From positions 7,280 through 71,279 of the forward strand of contig CAYJCR010000005.1 in assembly GCA_964368755.1 (NCBI GenBank): a stretch of 64,000 bases of DNA. The letters run 5' to 3'. Every line of letters begins with the position of its first letter. Position 1 is the first letter of the stretch. Below the pieces are notes generated by a model. The model had not been told where the DNA came from and did no database searches. It worked only from the letters and a program-made list of their open reading frames with translations. This document shows positions 56,697 to 64,000 of the stretch, piece after piece. This DNA is from an uncultured Lachnospiraceae bacterium. Lineage in GTDB: Bacteria > Bacillota > Clostridia > Christensenellales > UBA1242. A program made the position numbers and the translations under genes.

Positions 56697-56710
56697 TATC
56701 TCTGTTTTTT
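56688..56710 (+). terminator. Intrinsic terminator closing the orphan module
   Basis: CAGAGAT (56688-56694) / ATCTCTG (56698-56704) followed by T6. Confidence 0.8.
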
Positions 56711-56812
56711 CTTTGTTATGATATTTGACATAATATTTATTTTGTGGGTAAAAATTGCTTTTGTTTTTGGTAATATTATGTTATAGTAATGAAGTAAAGG
56801 TTGTGTGTAAGT

Positions 56813-57226
56813 ATGCGAAAAATGGGACTTGACTTGGGCGATGTGCGTATAGGAGTATCTTTTAGTGACCCAATGGGTATCATTGCTAATGGCTATGAGA
56901 CCTACAAGCGTGTTGATGAAGATAGCGACTATAGACACATTCTTGAGCTTATTTCTACCAAAGAAGTTGATACAGTTGTCCTTGGGCTACCTATCAATAT
57001 GGACGGGACTAGTGGTGCAAGGGTTGATGTAACCAAAGCTTTTGGTGACAGACTTCAATCAATGACAAAAGCCAAAGTTGTCTATATGGATGAGAGATTA
57101 TCGAGTATGAGCGCTGAGAAGTTACTTATAGAAGCTGATGTCAGAAGAGACAAACGTAAGCAAGTTATCGACAAGATCGCAGCAACAATTATTTTGCAAA
57201 GTTATTTGGACAAATATTCAAGGTAA
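56813..57226 (+). CDS. ruvX: Holliday junction resolvase-like pre-16S rRNA nuclease RuvX (YqgF)
   Basis: MGLDLGDVRIGVSFSD, VVLGLPINMDGT, DERLSS. Confidence 0.92.
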   Translation: MRKMGLDLGDVRIGVSFSDPMGIIANGYETYKRVDEDSDYRHILELISTKEVDTVVLGLPINMDGTSGARVDVTKAFGDRLQSMTKAKVVYMDERLSSMSAEKLLIEADVRRDKRKQVIDKIAATIILQSYLDKYSR

Positions 57227-57240
57227 TAAGGAGTTATATT

Positions 57241-57591
57241 ATGGAAGATAAGATGATGAAGAACCCAATAGAGGCTTTGTTCGATGAGAACAATATCGAT
57301 CCTATATCTCTATTCAATGAGAAAGGTGACGAAGTTAAGTTTGAGCAAGTAGCAATTATACCAAGGGGTGAAGACGTTTATGCTATACTCAAACCTGTTG
57401 AGAAGACTGAGGGCATTGAAGATGATGAAGCTTTGGTATTCAAGATAGAGCTTGAAGAAGAATTGAGTGATGAAGGATACTTATCACTTGTTAGTGATGT
57501 AGATTTGATTGACGAAGTATTCGAAGCTTATAACAAGTTGTTTGAAGAAGAAGCAAAGCGCGCAAAGAAAGAAGCAAAGAAAAAGAAGTAA
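57241..57591 (+). CDS. DUF1292 domain protein (YrzB-like)
   Basis: Acidic, 116 aa; DEVKFEQVAIIP...DVYAILKPV core; conserved position after ruvX. Confidence 0.85.
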   Translation: MEDKMMKNPIEALFDENNIDPISLFNEKGDEVKFEQVAIIPRGEDVYAILKPVEKTEGIEDDEALVFKIELEEELSDEGYLSLVSDVDLIDEVFEAYNKLFEEEAKRAKKEAKKKK

Positions 57592-57612
57592 ATATTATTT
57601 CCAAGAACAAAG

Positions 57613-57639
57613 ATATGAGTTATGCAACTCATATTTTTT
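57613..57639 (+). terminator. Intrinsic terminator
   Basis: ATATGAGT (57613-57620) / ACTCATAT (57627-57634) followed by T6. Confidence 0.8.
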
Positions 57640-57665
57640 GTTTACAAAAAAAATTCACAAAATAC

Positions 57666-57694
57666 TTGCATTATATATATAAATGTGTTATATT
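57666..57694 (+). promoter_or_regulatory. Sigma-A-like promoter of rpsB-tsf (about 107-nt 5' UTR)
   Basis: TTGCAT (57666-57671), 17 nt, TATATT (57689-57694). Confidence 0.55.
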
Positions 57695-57807
57695 ATCAGA
57701 GTTATTACACACCGAGTGATAGAAGCTCTTGTTGCCGAAGAAATTTGTAACTTTGGTTTGGCTTCGTATAACAATATTATTCGGGAGGACTAAACAAGGA
57801 GGAAAAT

Positions 57808-58584
57808 ATGTCTGTAATTTCTATGAAACAACTTCTAGAAGCCGGCGTACATTTCGGCCACCAAGCTAAGAAATGGAATCCAAAGATGAAGAAGTATATC
57901 TTTACTGTACGTAACGATATCCATATCATCAATCTAGAAGACACCGCAGAACTTTCTGATAAAGCTTATTACTTTATTAGAGATATGGTGGCAGCTGGCA
58001 AAAATGTATTGTTCGTTGGAACAAAGAAACAAGCTCAAGAGGCAGTAGCTCAAGATGCTGAGAGATGTGGTATGTATTACATCAACTCAAGATGGTTGGG
58101 AGGTACACTTACTAACTTCCGTACAATCAGATCTAGAATCGAGAGACTCAACAAGCTTAACCAAATGGAGAAAGTCGGGGAGTTCGATTTACTTCCAAAG
58201 AAAGAAGTTATCAAACTTCGTGATGAGAGAACAAAACTTGAGAAGAACCTTGGCGGTATCAAAGAGATGACTGAGCTTCCTGGTGTTATGTTCGTTGTTG
58301 ATCCTAAGAAAGAACATATCGCAGTTCAAGAAGCTAAGACACTTCATATCCCAGTTGTAGGTATTGTTGATACTAACTGTGATCCTGATGATGTTGATTA
58401 TGTTATTCCAGCTAACGATGATGCAATCAGAGCTATCAAACTTATTGTAAGTGCTATGGCTGATGCTGTTATCGAAGCAAAAGAGGGCGTTCAAGTAAAA
58501 GATGGTGAAGAAGTTGTAGCAGCTGATGCTGAGGTTGTTGAACCAAAAGCTGAAGATGTTGTAGATGATAATAAAGGAGAATAA
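57808..58584 (+). CDS. rpsB: 30S ribosomal protein S2
   Basis: [22 protein letters not shown]...GGTLTNF. Confidence 0.97.
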   Translation: MSVISMKQLLEAGVHFGHQAKKWNPKMKKYIFTVRNDIHIINLEDTAELSDKAYYFIRDMVAAGKNVLFVGTKKQAQEAVAQDAERCGMYYINSRWLGGTLTNFRTIRSRIERLNKLNQMEKVGEFDLLPKKEVIKLRDERTKLEKNLGGIKEMTELPGVMFVVDPKKEHIAVQEAKTLHIPVVGIVDTNCDPDDVDYVIPANDDAIRAIKLIVSAMADAVIEAKEGVQVKDGEEVVAADAEVVEPKAEDVVDDNKGE

Positions 58585-58587
58585 TCA

Positions 58588-59235
58588 ATGTTTAATGCAA
58601 GTGATATCAAAGATTTGCGTGCTAGCACAGGTGCTGGTATGCTAGATTGCCAAAAAGCTCTTAAAGAGTGTAATGGTGATATGGATAAAGCTATTGCTTA
58701 TCTCAGAGAGAAAGGTATAGCTGCTGTAGCCAAGAAAGCATCAAGAATTGCAGCTGAAGGTCTTGTTACTTCATATATTCATATGGGTGGTAAGATTGGT
58801 GTTATAGTTGAAGTTAACTGTGAGACAGACTTCGTTGCTAAGAGTGATGCATTTATCGCACTTTGCAAAGACATTGCTATGCAGATAGCAGCTTCTAAGC
58901 CTGAGTTTGTAAGAATCGAAGAAGTTCCTGCTGAGAATGTAGAGAAAGAGAAAGAGATTCTTAAGGCTCAAGCTCTTAATGAGGGCAAACCTGCTGCAAT
59001 CGTTGACAAGATGGTTGAGGGCCGTGTAAAGAAGTACTACAAAGACGTATGTCTTATGGAACAACCTTTTGTTAAAGATCCTGAGAAGACAGTATCTGAC
59101 CTTATGACAGAAGCAACATTGAAGATTGGCGAGAAGCTTTCTATCAGAAGATTTGTTCGTTATGAAGTTGGAGAAGGTATGCAGAAGAGAGAAGATAACT
59201 TTGCTGACGAAGTTATGAAGCAAATGAAAGCATAA
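58588..59235 (+). CDS. tsf: Elongation factor Ts (short form)
   Basis: [20 protein letters not shown]-terminal UBA-like domain; 215 aa. Confidence 0.95.
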   Translation: MFNASDIKDLRASTGAGMLDCQKALKECNGDMDKAIAYLREKGIAAVAKKASRIAAEGLVTSYIHMGGKIGVIVEVNCETDFVAKSDAFIALCKDIAMQIAASKPEFVRIEEVPAENVEKEKEILKAQALNEGKPAAIVDKMVEGRVKKYYKDVCLMEQPFVKDPEKTVSDLMTEATLKIGEKLSIRRFVRYEVGEGMQKREDNFADEVMKQMKA

Positions 59236-59251
59236 TCCTTATGTATCTTAG

Positions 59252-59285
59252 AATACTAGTGGTTAACTATCACTAGTATTTTTTA
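59252..59285 (+). terminator. Intrinsic terminator of rpsB-tsf
   Basis: AATACTAGTG (59252-59261) / CACTAGTATT (59271-59280) followed by a T-run. Confidence 0.85.
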
Positions 59286-59509
59286 TGTAACTTCAATATA
59301 GCTATCAAGATAAATCGTATATATAGAAACGAACCTGTGTGATTAACAATGCGAAAATTATCGTATCTTAATCTTTGTCCAAACAATACTTATAAATGTT
59401 TGCGTAAATAGTTTATTTGTAGTATTATATATTTGTTAAATACTATGATTTTGCTATATCAATAGGCAAGTCTGTATGATGAAGAATAATATTATTAAGG
59501 AGTAACGAG

Positions 59510-60085
59510 ATGTTATCTGATATCCCAAATTATGATGAAGAAATGTTGTTTTTTGAAGAGAATCTTGACAAAAAACTTAGTTGGTTAAATAGTGAATATA
59601 TGACAATAAGAGCAGGGAGAGCCAATCCTCGTATGCTTGACAAAATACTTGTCAATTATTATGGTACAATGACTCCAATCAAACAAATGGCTAATATAGC
59701 CGTACCTGAGGCTAGACTTATGACAATAACTCCATGGGATATGAATATGGTCAAAGAGATAAATAAGGCAATTCAATCTTCTGACTTAGGAGTTAATCCA
59801 AGTGATGATGGCAGGATGATAAGGCTTGCATTCCCAATGCCAACCGAAGAGAGAAGGAAAGAGTTGTTGAAGACAACCCGTAAGCTTGCTGAAGAAGCAA
59901 AGGTTGGTATGAGGAACGAAAGACGTGATGTACTCGAAGTCTTCCGTAAACAAGAGAAGAATAAAGAAATCAGCAAAGATGACCTTGAGCTTGTTGAGAA
60001 AGAAATCCAGAAACTAACTGACAAATATACTGAGAGTGTTGATAAGACTTCTCAGGAGAAAGAAAAAGAGATTCTTGCTATCTAG
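59510..60085 (+). CDS. frr: Ribosome recycling factor
   Basis: MTIRAGRANPRMLDKILVNYYG, ITPWD, NPSDDGRMIRLAFP. Confidence 0.96.
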   Translation: MLSDIPNYDEEMLFFEENLDKKLSWLNSEYMTIRAGRANPRMLDKILVNYYGTMTPIKQMANIAVPEARLMTITPWDMNMVKEINKAIQSSDLGVNPSDDGRMIRLAFPMPTEERRKELLKTTRKLAEEAKVGMRNERRDVLEVFRKQEKNKEISKDDLELVEKEIQKLTDKYTESVDKTSQEKEKEILAI

Positions 60086-60098
60086 AAGGTGTATAATA

Positions 60099-60797
60099 TT
60101 GAGTAAAAGTATTAGAATCCCAACACACATTGCTTTTATTATGGATGGCAATGGTAGGTGGGCAAAAAGACGTGGCTTGCCAAGATCATTTGGTCATAAG
60201 CAAGGAGTAGAGAGTGTAAGGGTGGTTGTAAGACGAGCTCAAGAGCTGGGTATCAAGTTTGTAACATTCTTTGCTTTTTCTACTGAGAACTGGAATAGAC
60301 CTAAAGAGGAAGTTGATTACATTTTTCAACTAGCATATGATTATTTATTAGAAAATAAGGATGTTTTGGTCTCAAAAGGCATTTGTCTCAAAGTTATAGG
60401 TAATCTTTCGAGATTGCCAGTCAAACTCCAAAAAGAGATTGCTGAGGCCGTAGAATTGACCAAAAGTTGTGATTCTATTGTCGTAACAATAGCTCTTAAC
60501 TATGGTGGCAGAGATGATATAGTGCAAGCGGTTAATAAGATTGTAGGAGAAGGCAAAAGTAACATTACGGAAAAAAGTTTTGCCAACTACTTATACACTG
60601 CTGGGACTCCTGATCCAGACCTAGTTATACGGACAAGTGGGGAACTCAGAGTGAGTAACTTCCTTATGTATCAGATGGCATATGCTGAAATGTATTTCCC
60701 AAAAATCCATTGGCCAGCATTCAGAGCAAAAGCTCTTGATAAGGCCATTAGAGTTTATCAAAAAAGAAATCGTAAATTTGGCGCGATAAAGAAATAG
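60099..60797 (+). CDS. uppS: Isoprenyl transferase (undecaprenyl-diphosphate synthase)
   Basis: HIAFIMDGNGRWA, FAFSTENWNRP, IRTSGELRVSNFL. TTG start at 60099, behind AGAAGGTG; the listed ORF extension overlaps frr. Confidence 0.93.
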   Translation: MSKSIRIPTHIAFIMDGNGRWAKRRGLPRSFGHKQGVESVRVVVRRAQELGIKFVTFFAFSTENWNRPKEEVDYIFQLAYDYLLENKDVLVSKGICLKVIGNLSRLPVKLQKEIAEAVELTKSCDSIVVTIALNYGGRDDIVQAVNKIVGEGKSNITEKSFANYLYTAGTPDPDLVIRTSGELRVSNFLMYQMAYAEMYFPKIHWPAFRAKALDKAIRVYQKRNRKFGAIKK

Positions 60798-60808
60798 GAG
60801 TAAAACAT

Positions 60809-61747
60809 ATGAAAAAAAGATTGATTACAGCAGGTGTATTGATAGCAATGGTTGCATGTTTCTTTGTAATGCAAGCATTCTTTGCTATCTCATTCGATAT
60901 CCTTATACTTGCAATATCTCTAATTGCTGCTTTTGAAGTTGCTAACTTGCAAGATAAGAGTGGCAAGGTCAACTACAAGATTGTTCCTGCAATATTTAGC
61001 ATATTTGCTTTTGTTGCTACAGTTTTGTGCGTTGTGCTCAAATGGAACGCTTTGGTTCTATTCTCAATATTTGTTGGGGGAATGGTTGTTGCTTTTGTTG
61101 CTACATACTTTATACCTTTTATGTTCAAAGGTTTAATTAAAGAGAATTCATTTAGACAAATCTCTGGAATGGGTAACAAATCCTTTTCTTTGTTCAAAAC
61201 TGTCAATACTATGTCAATAATCGTTTACCCAGTATTTTTGGCATATTTTATGTACTTTTTGAACCATATTACTGAGTTGGGCTTCAATACTATTACAACA
61301 TCATTTGCTGGAGCAAGGCTTGGAATGTTTGCTTTGCTACTTGTTATGGCTATTACTTGTCTTACTGATACGATGGCGTTCTTTGTTGGAACGTTATTGA
61401 AAGGACCTAAGCTTTGTCCAAAGATAAGTCCTAACAAAACTATATCAGGAGCGATTGGTGGTCTTGTTGGTGGTATAGTCGGAGCAGTAGTTTTGCTTGC
61501 TATATTCAGAGCCATATATCCAACACAATTTGCTTTGATTCCTTATTGGGAAATTGTAATTGTAGGATTCTTTGGGGCGATAGTTTCTCAATGTGGTGAT
61601 TTGTTCGAATCATACTTGAAGCGCAAAGCTAAGGTAAAAGATGCAGGCGATATACTTCCTGGGCACGGTGGAGTAATGGATAGAGTTGACGCAATGCTAT
61701 TCAATACACCATATATATTTGTTTGCATCGTGCTTATGTTAGCATAA
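60809..61747 (+). CDS. cdsA: Phosphatidate cytidylyltransferase
   Basis: Polytopic, with C-terminal signature SYLKRKAKVKDAGDILPGHGGVMDRVD. Confidence 0.93.
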   Translation: MKKRLITAGVLIAMVACFFVMQAFFAISFDILILAISLIAAFEVANLQDKSGKVNYKIVPAIFSIFAFVATVLCVVLKWNALVLFSIFVGGMVVAFVATYFIPFMFKGLIKENSFRQISGMGNKSFSLFKTVNTMSIIVYPVFLAYFMYFLNHITELGFNTITTSFAGARLGMFALLLVMAITCLTDTMAFFVGTLLKGPKLCPKISPNKTISGAIGGLVGGIVGAVVLLAIFRAIYPTQFALIPYWEIVIVGFFGAIVSQCGDLFESYLKRKAKVKDAGDILPGHGGVMDRVDAMLFNTPYIFVCIVLMLA

Positions 61748-61786
61748 TAATAGTAAACAAAAGATAAATATATATTAGTATCACGT

Positions 61787-61814
61787 AGGTTAGATAACAT
61801 ATGTCTAACCTTTT
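61787..61814 (+). terminator. Hairpin with short T-run after cdsA
   Basis: AGGTTAGA (61787-61794) / TCTAACCT (61804-61811) followed by TTTT. Confidence 0.6.
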
Positions 61815-61838
61815 ATAAAATAATAGGAGGAGATAGAT

Positions 61839-63113
61839 TTGACTCTTTTGATGGGTGCAAGTTTTGCTTCAGTAATGACTTATATCGGGTATATCCTACT
61901 TGCAATAGTAGTGTTACTTCTTATGGTTACAATTCACGAATTGGGGCATTATACTGCTGGCAAAATACTTAAGTTTAAGATTAACGAGTTTTCTGTTGGA
62001 TTTGGTAAGGCGTTATTCTCAAAAACCAATAAAGCTGGAGAAAAAGTATCTCTTCGTCTTATACCTTTGGGTGGGTATTGTGCTTTTGAAGGAGAAGATG
62101 AAGACAAACCTGACAATCCAGAGGCATTTAATAATCAAAAAGCTTGGAAAAGACTTATAGTCACTATATCTGGTGCATTATTTAATCTTATTGCTGGATT
62201 TATTTTCTCATTTATTTTCCTTCTTGCGTATGGGTATCAAGATGTTGTAAAAATTGATACCATCAAAGACAATGCAACGGGTGTTGCTAACTTACAAGTT
62301 GGAGATGTTGTAGTCAAAGTCAATGACAAAAAGTGTTCATTTATAACAGACAATTATTTTAATAACCTAATTGCAGATGTTGATGATGAGTCAGATATCA
62401 AACTTACTGTCAAAAGAGATGGCAAAAAGGTTGATATAATAGTCAACAAATCTCTTAGCGATGCATATATCTCTACACTTAACACAGAGGCTATTGGAAC
62501 TACACTTGTAGATATAAAGAAAGGCGATAAAATTGTTTCTATCAATGGTCAAGCATATGATGGAGATTATGATACATTCTTGAATGTCTATGATAATCTA
62601 GGCGATGAACAGTTCGACATGGTCATAAATAGAGATGGCAAAGAGATTACAGTTCAAGCAAAGAAAGCTTATTTTGAAGTACAAGAACTCCATCTTCTTG
62701 GAGTGGGAACTGTACCATACAAATATAGTTTTTGGGAAGCATTGGCTTGGGCAATACCATTCACTTTTGGTTGGGCATGGAAAGTTCTTGTCATACTCTT
62801 TAACCTTATTATTGGCAAAGTAGCGCTTACAGCAGTTGGTGGACCAATCGCTACAATCTCTACAATGGCTACGGTTACTCAAGCAAGTTTTGCTAACTTC
62901 TTCTTATTATTGCCATTGATTTCTGCCAATCTCGCAGCATTCAATTTGTTACCATTCCCGGCACTTGATGGGGCACGGTCGGTATTCATAATAATAGAAT
63001 GGATAAGGGGTAAACCGATTAACAGAAAAGTTGAGGGATATATACATCTCGTTGGACTATTTGTCCTTCTTGCCTTTGTAGTACTTGTTGATGTGCTATA
63101 TCTGATATTTTGA
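61839..63113 (+). CDS. rseP: RIP metalloprotease RseP (site-2 protease, M50)
   Basis: HELGHY zinc motif, central PDZ region, NLLPFPALDG. TTG start 8 nt after AGGAGG. Confidence 0.93.
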   Translation: MTLLMGASFASVMTYIGYILLAIVVLLLMVTIHELGHYTAGKILKFKINEFSVGFGKALFSKTNKAGEKVSLRLIPLGGYCAFEGEDEDKPDNPEAFNNQKAWKRLIVTISGALFNLIAGFIFSFIFLLAYGYQDVVKIDTIKDNATGVANLQVGDVVVKVNDKKCSFITDNYFNNLIADVDDESDIKLTVKRDGKKVDIIVNKSLSDAYISTLNTEAIGTTLVDIKKGDKIVSINGQAYDGDYDTFLNVYDNLGDEQFDMVINRDGKEITVQAKKAYFEVQELHLLGVGTVPYKYSFWEALAWAIPFTFGWAWKVLVILFNLIIGKVALTAVGGPIATISTMATVTQASFANFFLLLPLISANLAAFNLLPFPALDGARSVFIIIEWIRGKPINRKVEGYIHLVGLFVLLAFVVLVDVLYLIF

Positions 63114-63129
63114 TACTTAAGAGGAAGAT

Positions 63130-64000
63130 ATGAATTATTCGCTTACTGATTATATAAATAACAAGACTAACTGCAAGTTTAATTATCTAAAACTTGTTGG
63201 TATTGTTTTCGACAAAACACGTAATACTTATCAAGTAGATATTATTTATCCACAAAGCATAGATAATATATCTGATGAAGATAAGACAATGATTACTCAA
63301 TATACAAGAGAGTTTCTTAATCTCAAAGCAGATGTCGAAGTTAAGATTCGTAAGAGTTACATCGAAGAGAATATTATATTGAAGTTTGTGAAGAACTTCT
63401 TAGAGAATAACTATCCGAGCATTGCTCTTAATCTTGAAAAAGATGCTATCAAAGTGATAATAAGCGAACAGGTTATTATCCAAATCAAGTGTTCTTCAAC
63501 AATCAAACAGAACTTTGAGAACAAGAATCTCAAACAGATATTGATATCTAATCTTGATAATAACTTTTGTGCTAGATTTGAGATAAGTCTAATAGAAGTT
63601 GAAGACGAAGATTATGATGAATTCTTACAAAGTAGACTTACAGAACTAGAATATAACAACATATCCAATATGTTTTCGTCTGCTCAAAAACGTAGGTATG
63701 ACGTCAATATTACACATAAGATCATGGGCGAGACAATAGATATCATGCCACAAGCGATTGCTGACTTTGACAAGCCAAGTTCAAGTGTTATTGTTGCTGG
63801 CAGAGTTAAGTTTTTGGCGAATAAGACATACAAATCAAAGCGTAAACCAAAGAACGAAGGCGATGAGCCAGAACTCAAACCAATGTTCAGTTTTGTTCTT
63901 GAAGATAGAACAGGGAAGATTAACGCAGTATCATTTCCGAGCAAAGCCAACTTCCATAAGATGGGGTTGATAAAGGATGGGGATAATGTCATCATCAAAG
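63130..64000 (+). CDS. polC: DNA polymerase III PolC-type, N-terminal fragment (continues beyond the window)
   Basis: Frame open from ATG 63130 (GAGGAAG RBS) to the window end. Region VIVAGRVKF...MFSFVLEDRTGKINAVSFPSK fits the PolC OB-fold. Position after rseP is as in B. subtilis. Confidence 0.7.
   Translation, partial: MNYSLTDYINNKTNCKFNYLKLVGIVFDKTRNTYQVDIIYPQSIDNISDEDKTMITQYTREFLNLKADVEVKIRKSYIEENIILKFVKNFLENNYPSIALNLEKDAIKVIISEQVIIQIKCSSTIKQNFENKNLKQILISNLDNNFCARFEISLIEVEDEDYDEFLQSRLTELEYNNISNMFSSAQKRRYDVNITHKIMGETIDIMPQAIADFDKPSSSVIVAGRVKFLANKTYKSKRKPKNEGDEPELKPMFSFVLEDRTGKINAVSFPSKANFHKMGLIKDGDNVIIK

Noticed and set aside
59341-59409. 20-codon ORF (MRKLSYLNLCPNNTYKCLRK) in the tsf-frr gap, considered as a pyrH remnant or micro-protein
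   Set aside because: It has no RBS and no resemblance to UMP kinase motifs, so it is most likely random.
63246-63254. Perfect DnaA-box TTATCCACA (and its complement TGTGGATAA at 32374-32382)
   Set aside because: These are single isolated boxes inside coding sequence (polC and the beta-lactamase-fold gene). There is no cluster, no AT-rich unwinding element and no dnaA/dnaN context, so this is not an origin.
1-64000. Searched by eye for CRISPR arrays, IS elements/transposases, integrases, phage genes, toxin-antitoxin pairs, restriction-modification or other known defence genes, rRNA, tmRNA, RNase P and SRP RNA
   Set aside because: None recognised. All long ORFs are accounted for by housekeeping families or the orphans listed. 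I saw no regularly spaced direct repeats. Structured RNAs cannot be excluded without covariance-model scans.

Overview
AT-rich Bacillota (Firmicutes)-type chromosomal backbone, almost entirely housekeeping and mostly co-oriented on the + strand. I call 68 protein-coding genes (the first and last are cut by the window edges; several starts are moved from the ORF-track coordinate to the RBS-supported start), one tRNA-Thr(UGU), one tyrosine T-box leader, about 20 intrinsic terminators and a dozen sigma-A-like promoters. I saw no rRNA, CRISPR array, IS/transposase, integrase, prophage or recognisable defence genes. Gene order: Flg_new-repeat surface protein | ppdK | His-phosphatase, NUDIX | dnaG-rpoD-Zn-ribbon | (minus strand) NitT/TauT-type ABC importer plus a secreted protein | valS | orphan | (minus) DUF4364 + SpeE-like | orphan | ylbJ(-) ylbK GNAT tmcAL(-) pta ackA yceD rpmF plsX rnc smc ftsY [beta-lactamase-fold] ylxM ffh tRNA-Thr rpsP khpA rimM trmD rbgA rnhB yraN | T-box-GNAT-tyrS-kinase | rplS | comM dprA topA trmFO hslVU tcdA trxA | Rrf2-nifS-nifU | orphan three-gene module | ruvX DUF1292 rpsB tsf frr uppS cdsA rseP polC. 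From plsX onward the order matches the B. subtilis plsX...polC backbone (recalled from memory) but is compressed: fapR/fabD/fabG/acpA, sucCD, codV, codY, fla/che, pyrH, dxr and proS are not at their canonical positions, and rplS has moved. Hand GC counts on single 60-nt lines give about 42-47% for core genes and about 23-37% for most unassignable genes, so the accessory content is compositionally visible. I did not find a clear-cut novel multi-gene system. The best candidates are: (1) an insulated low-GC module at 53.3-56.7 kb, made of a 59-aa membrane protein, a 922-aa repeat protein and a 42-aa protein; (2) a 130-bp unit bounded by perfect 19-bp inverted repeats directly after ppdK, enclosing a terminator and an outward-facing promoter, which could be an inverton or MITE; (3) a Tyr T-box that apparently controls GNAT-tyrS-kinase rather than tyrS alone; (4) a SpeE-fold protein lacking canonical catalytic residues, in an operon with a DUF4364 regulator. 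All functional calls rest on motif recognition by eye; no database search was run.
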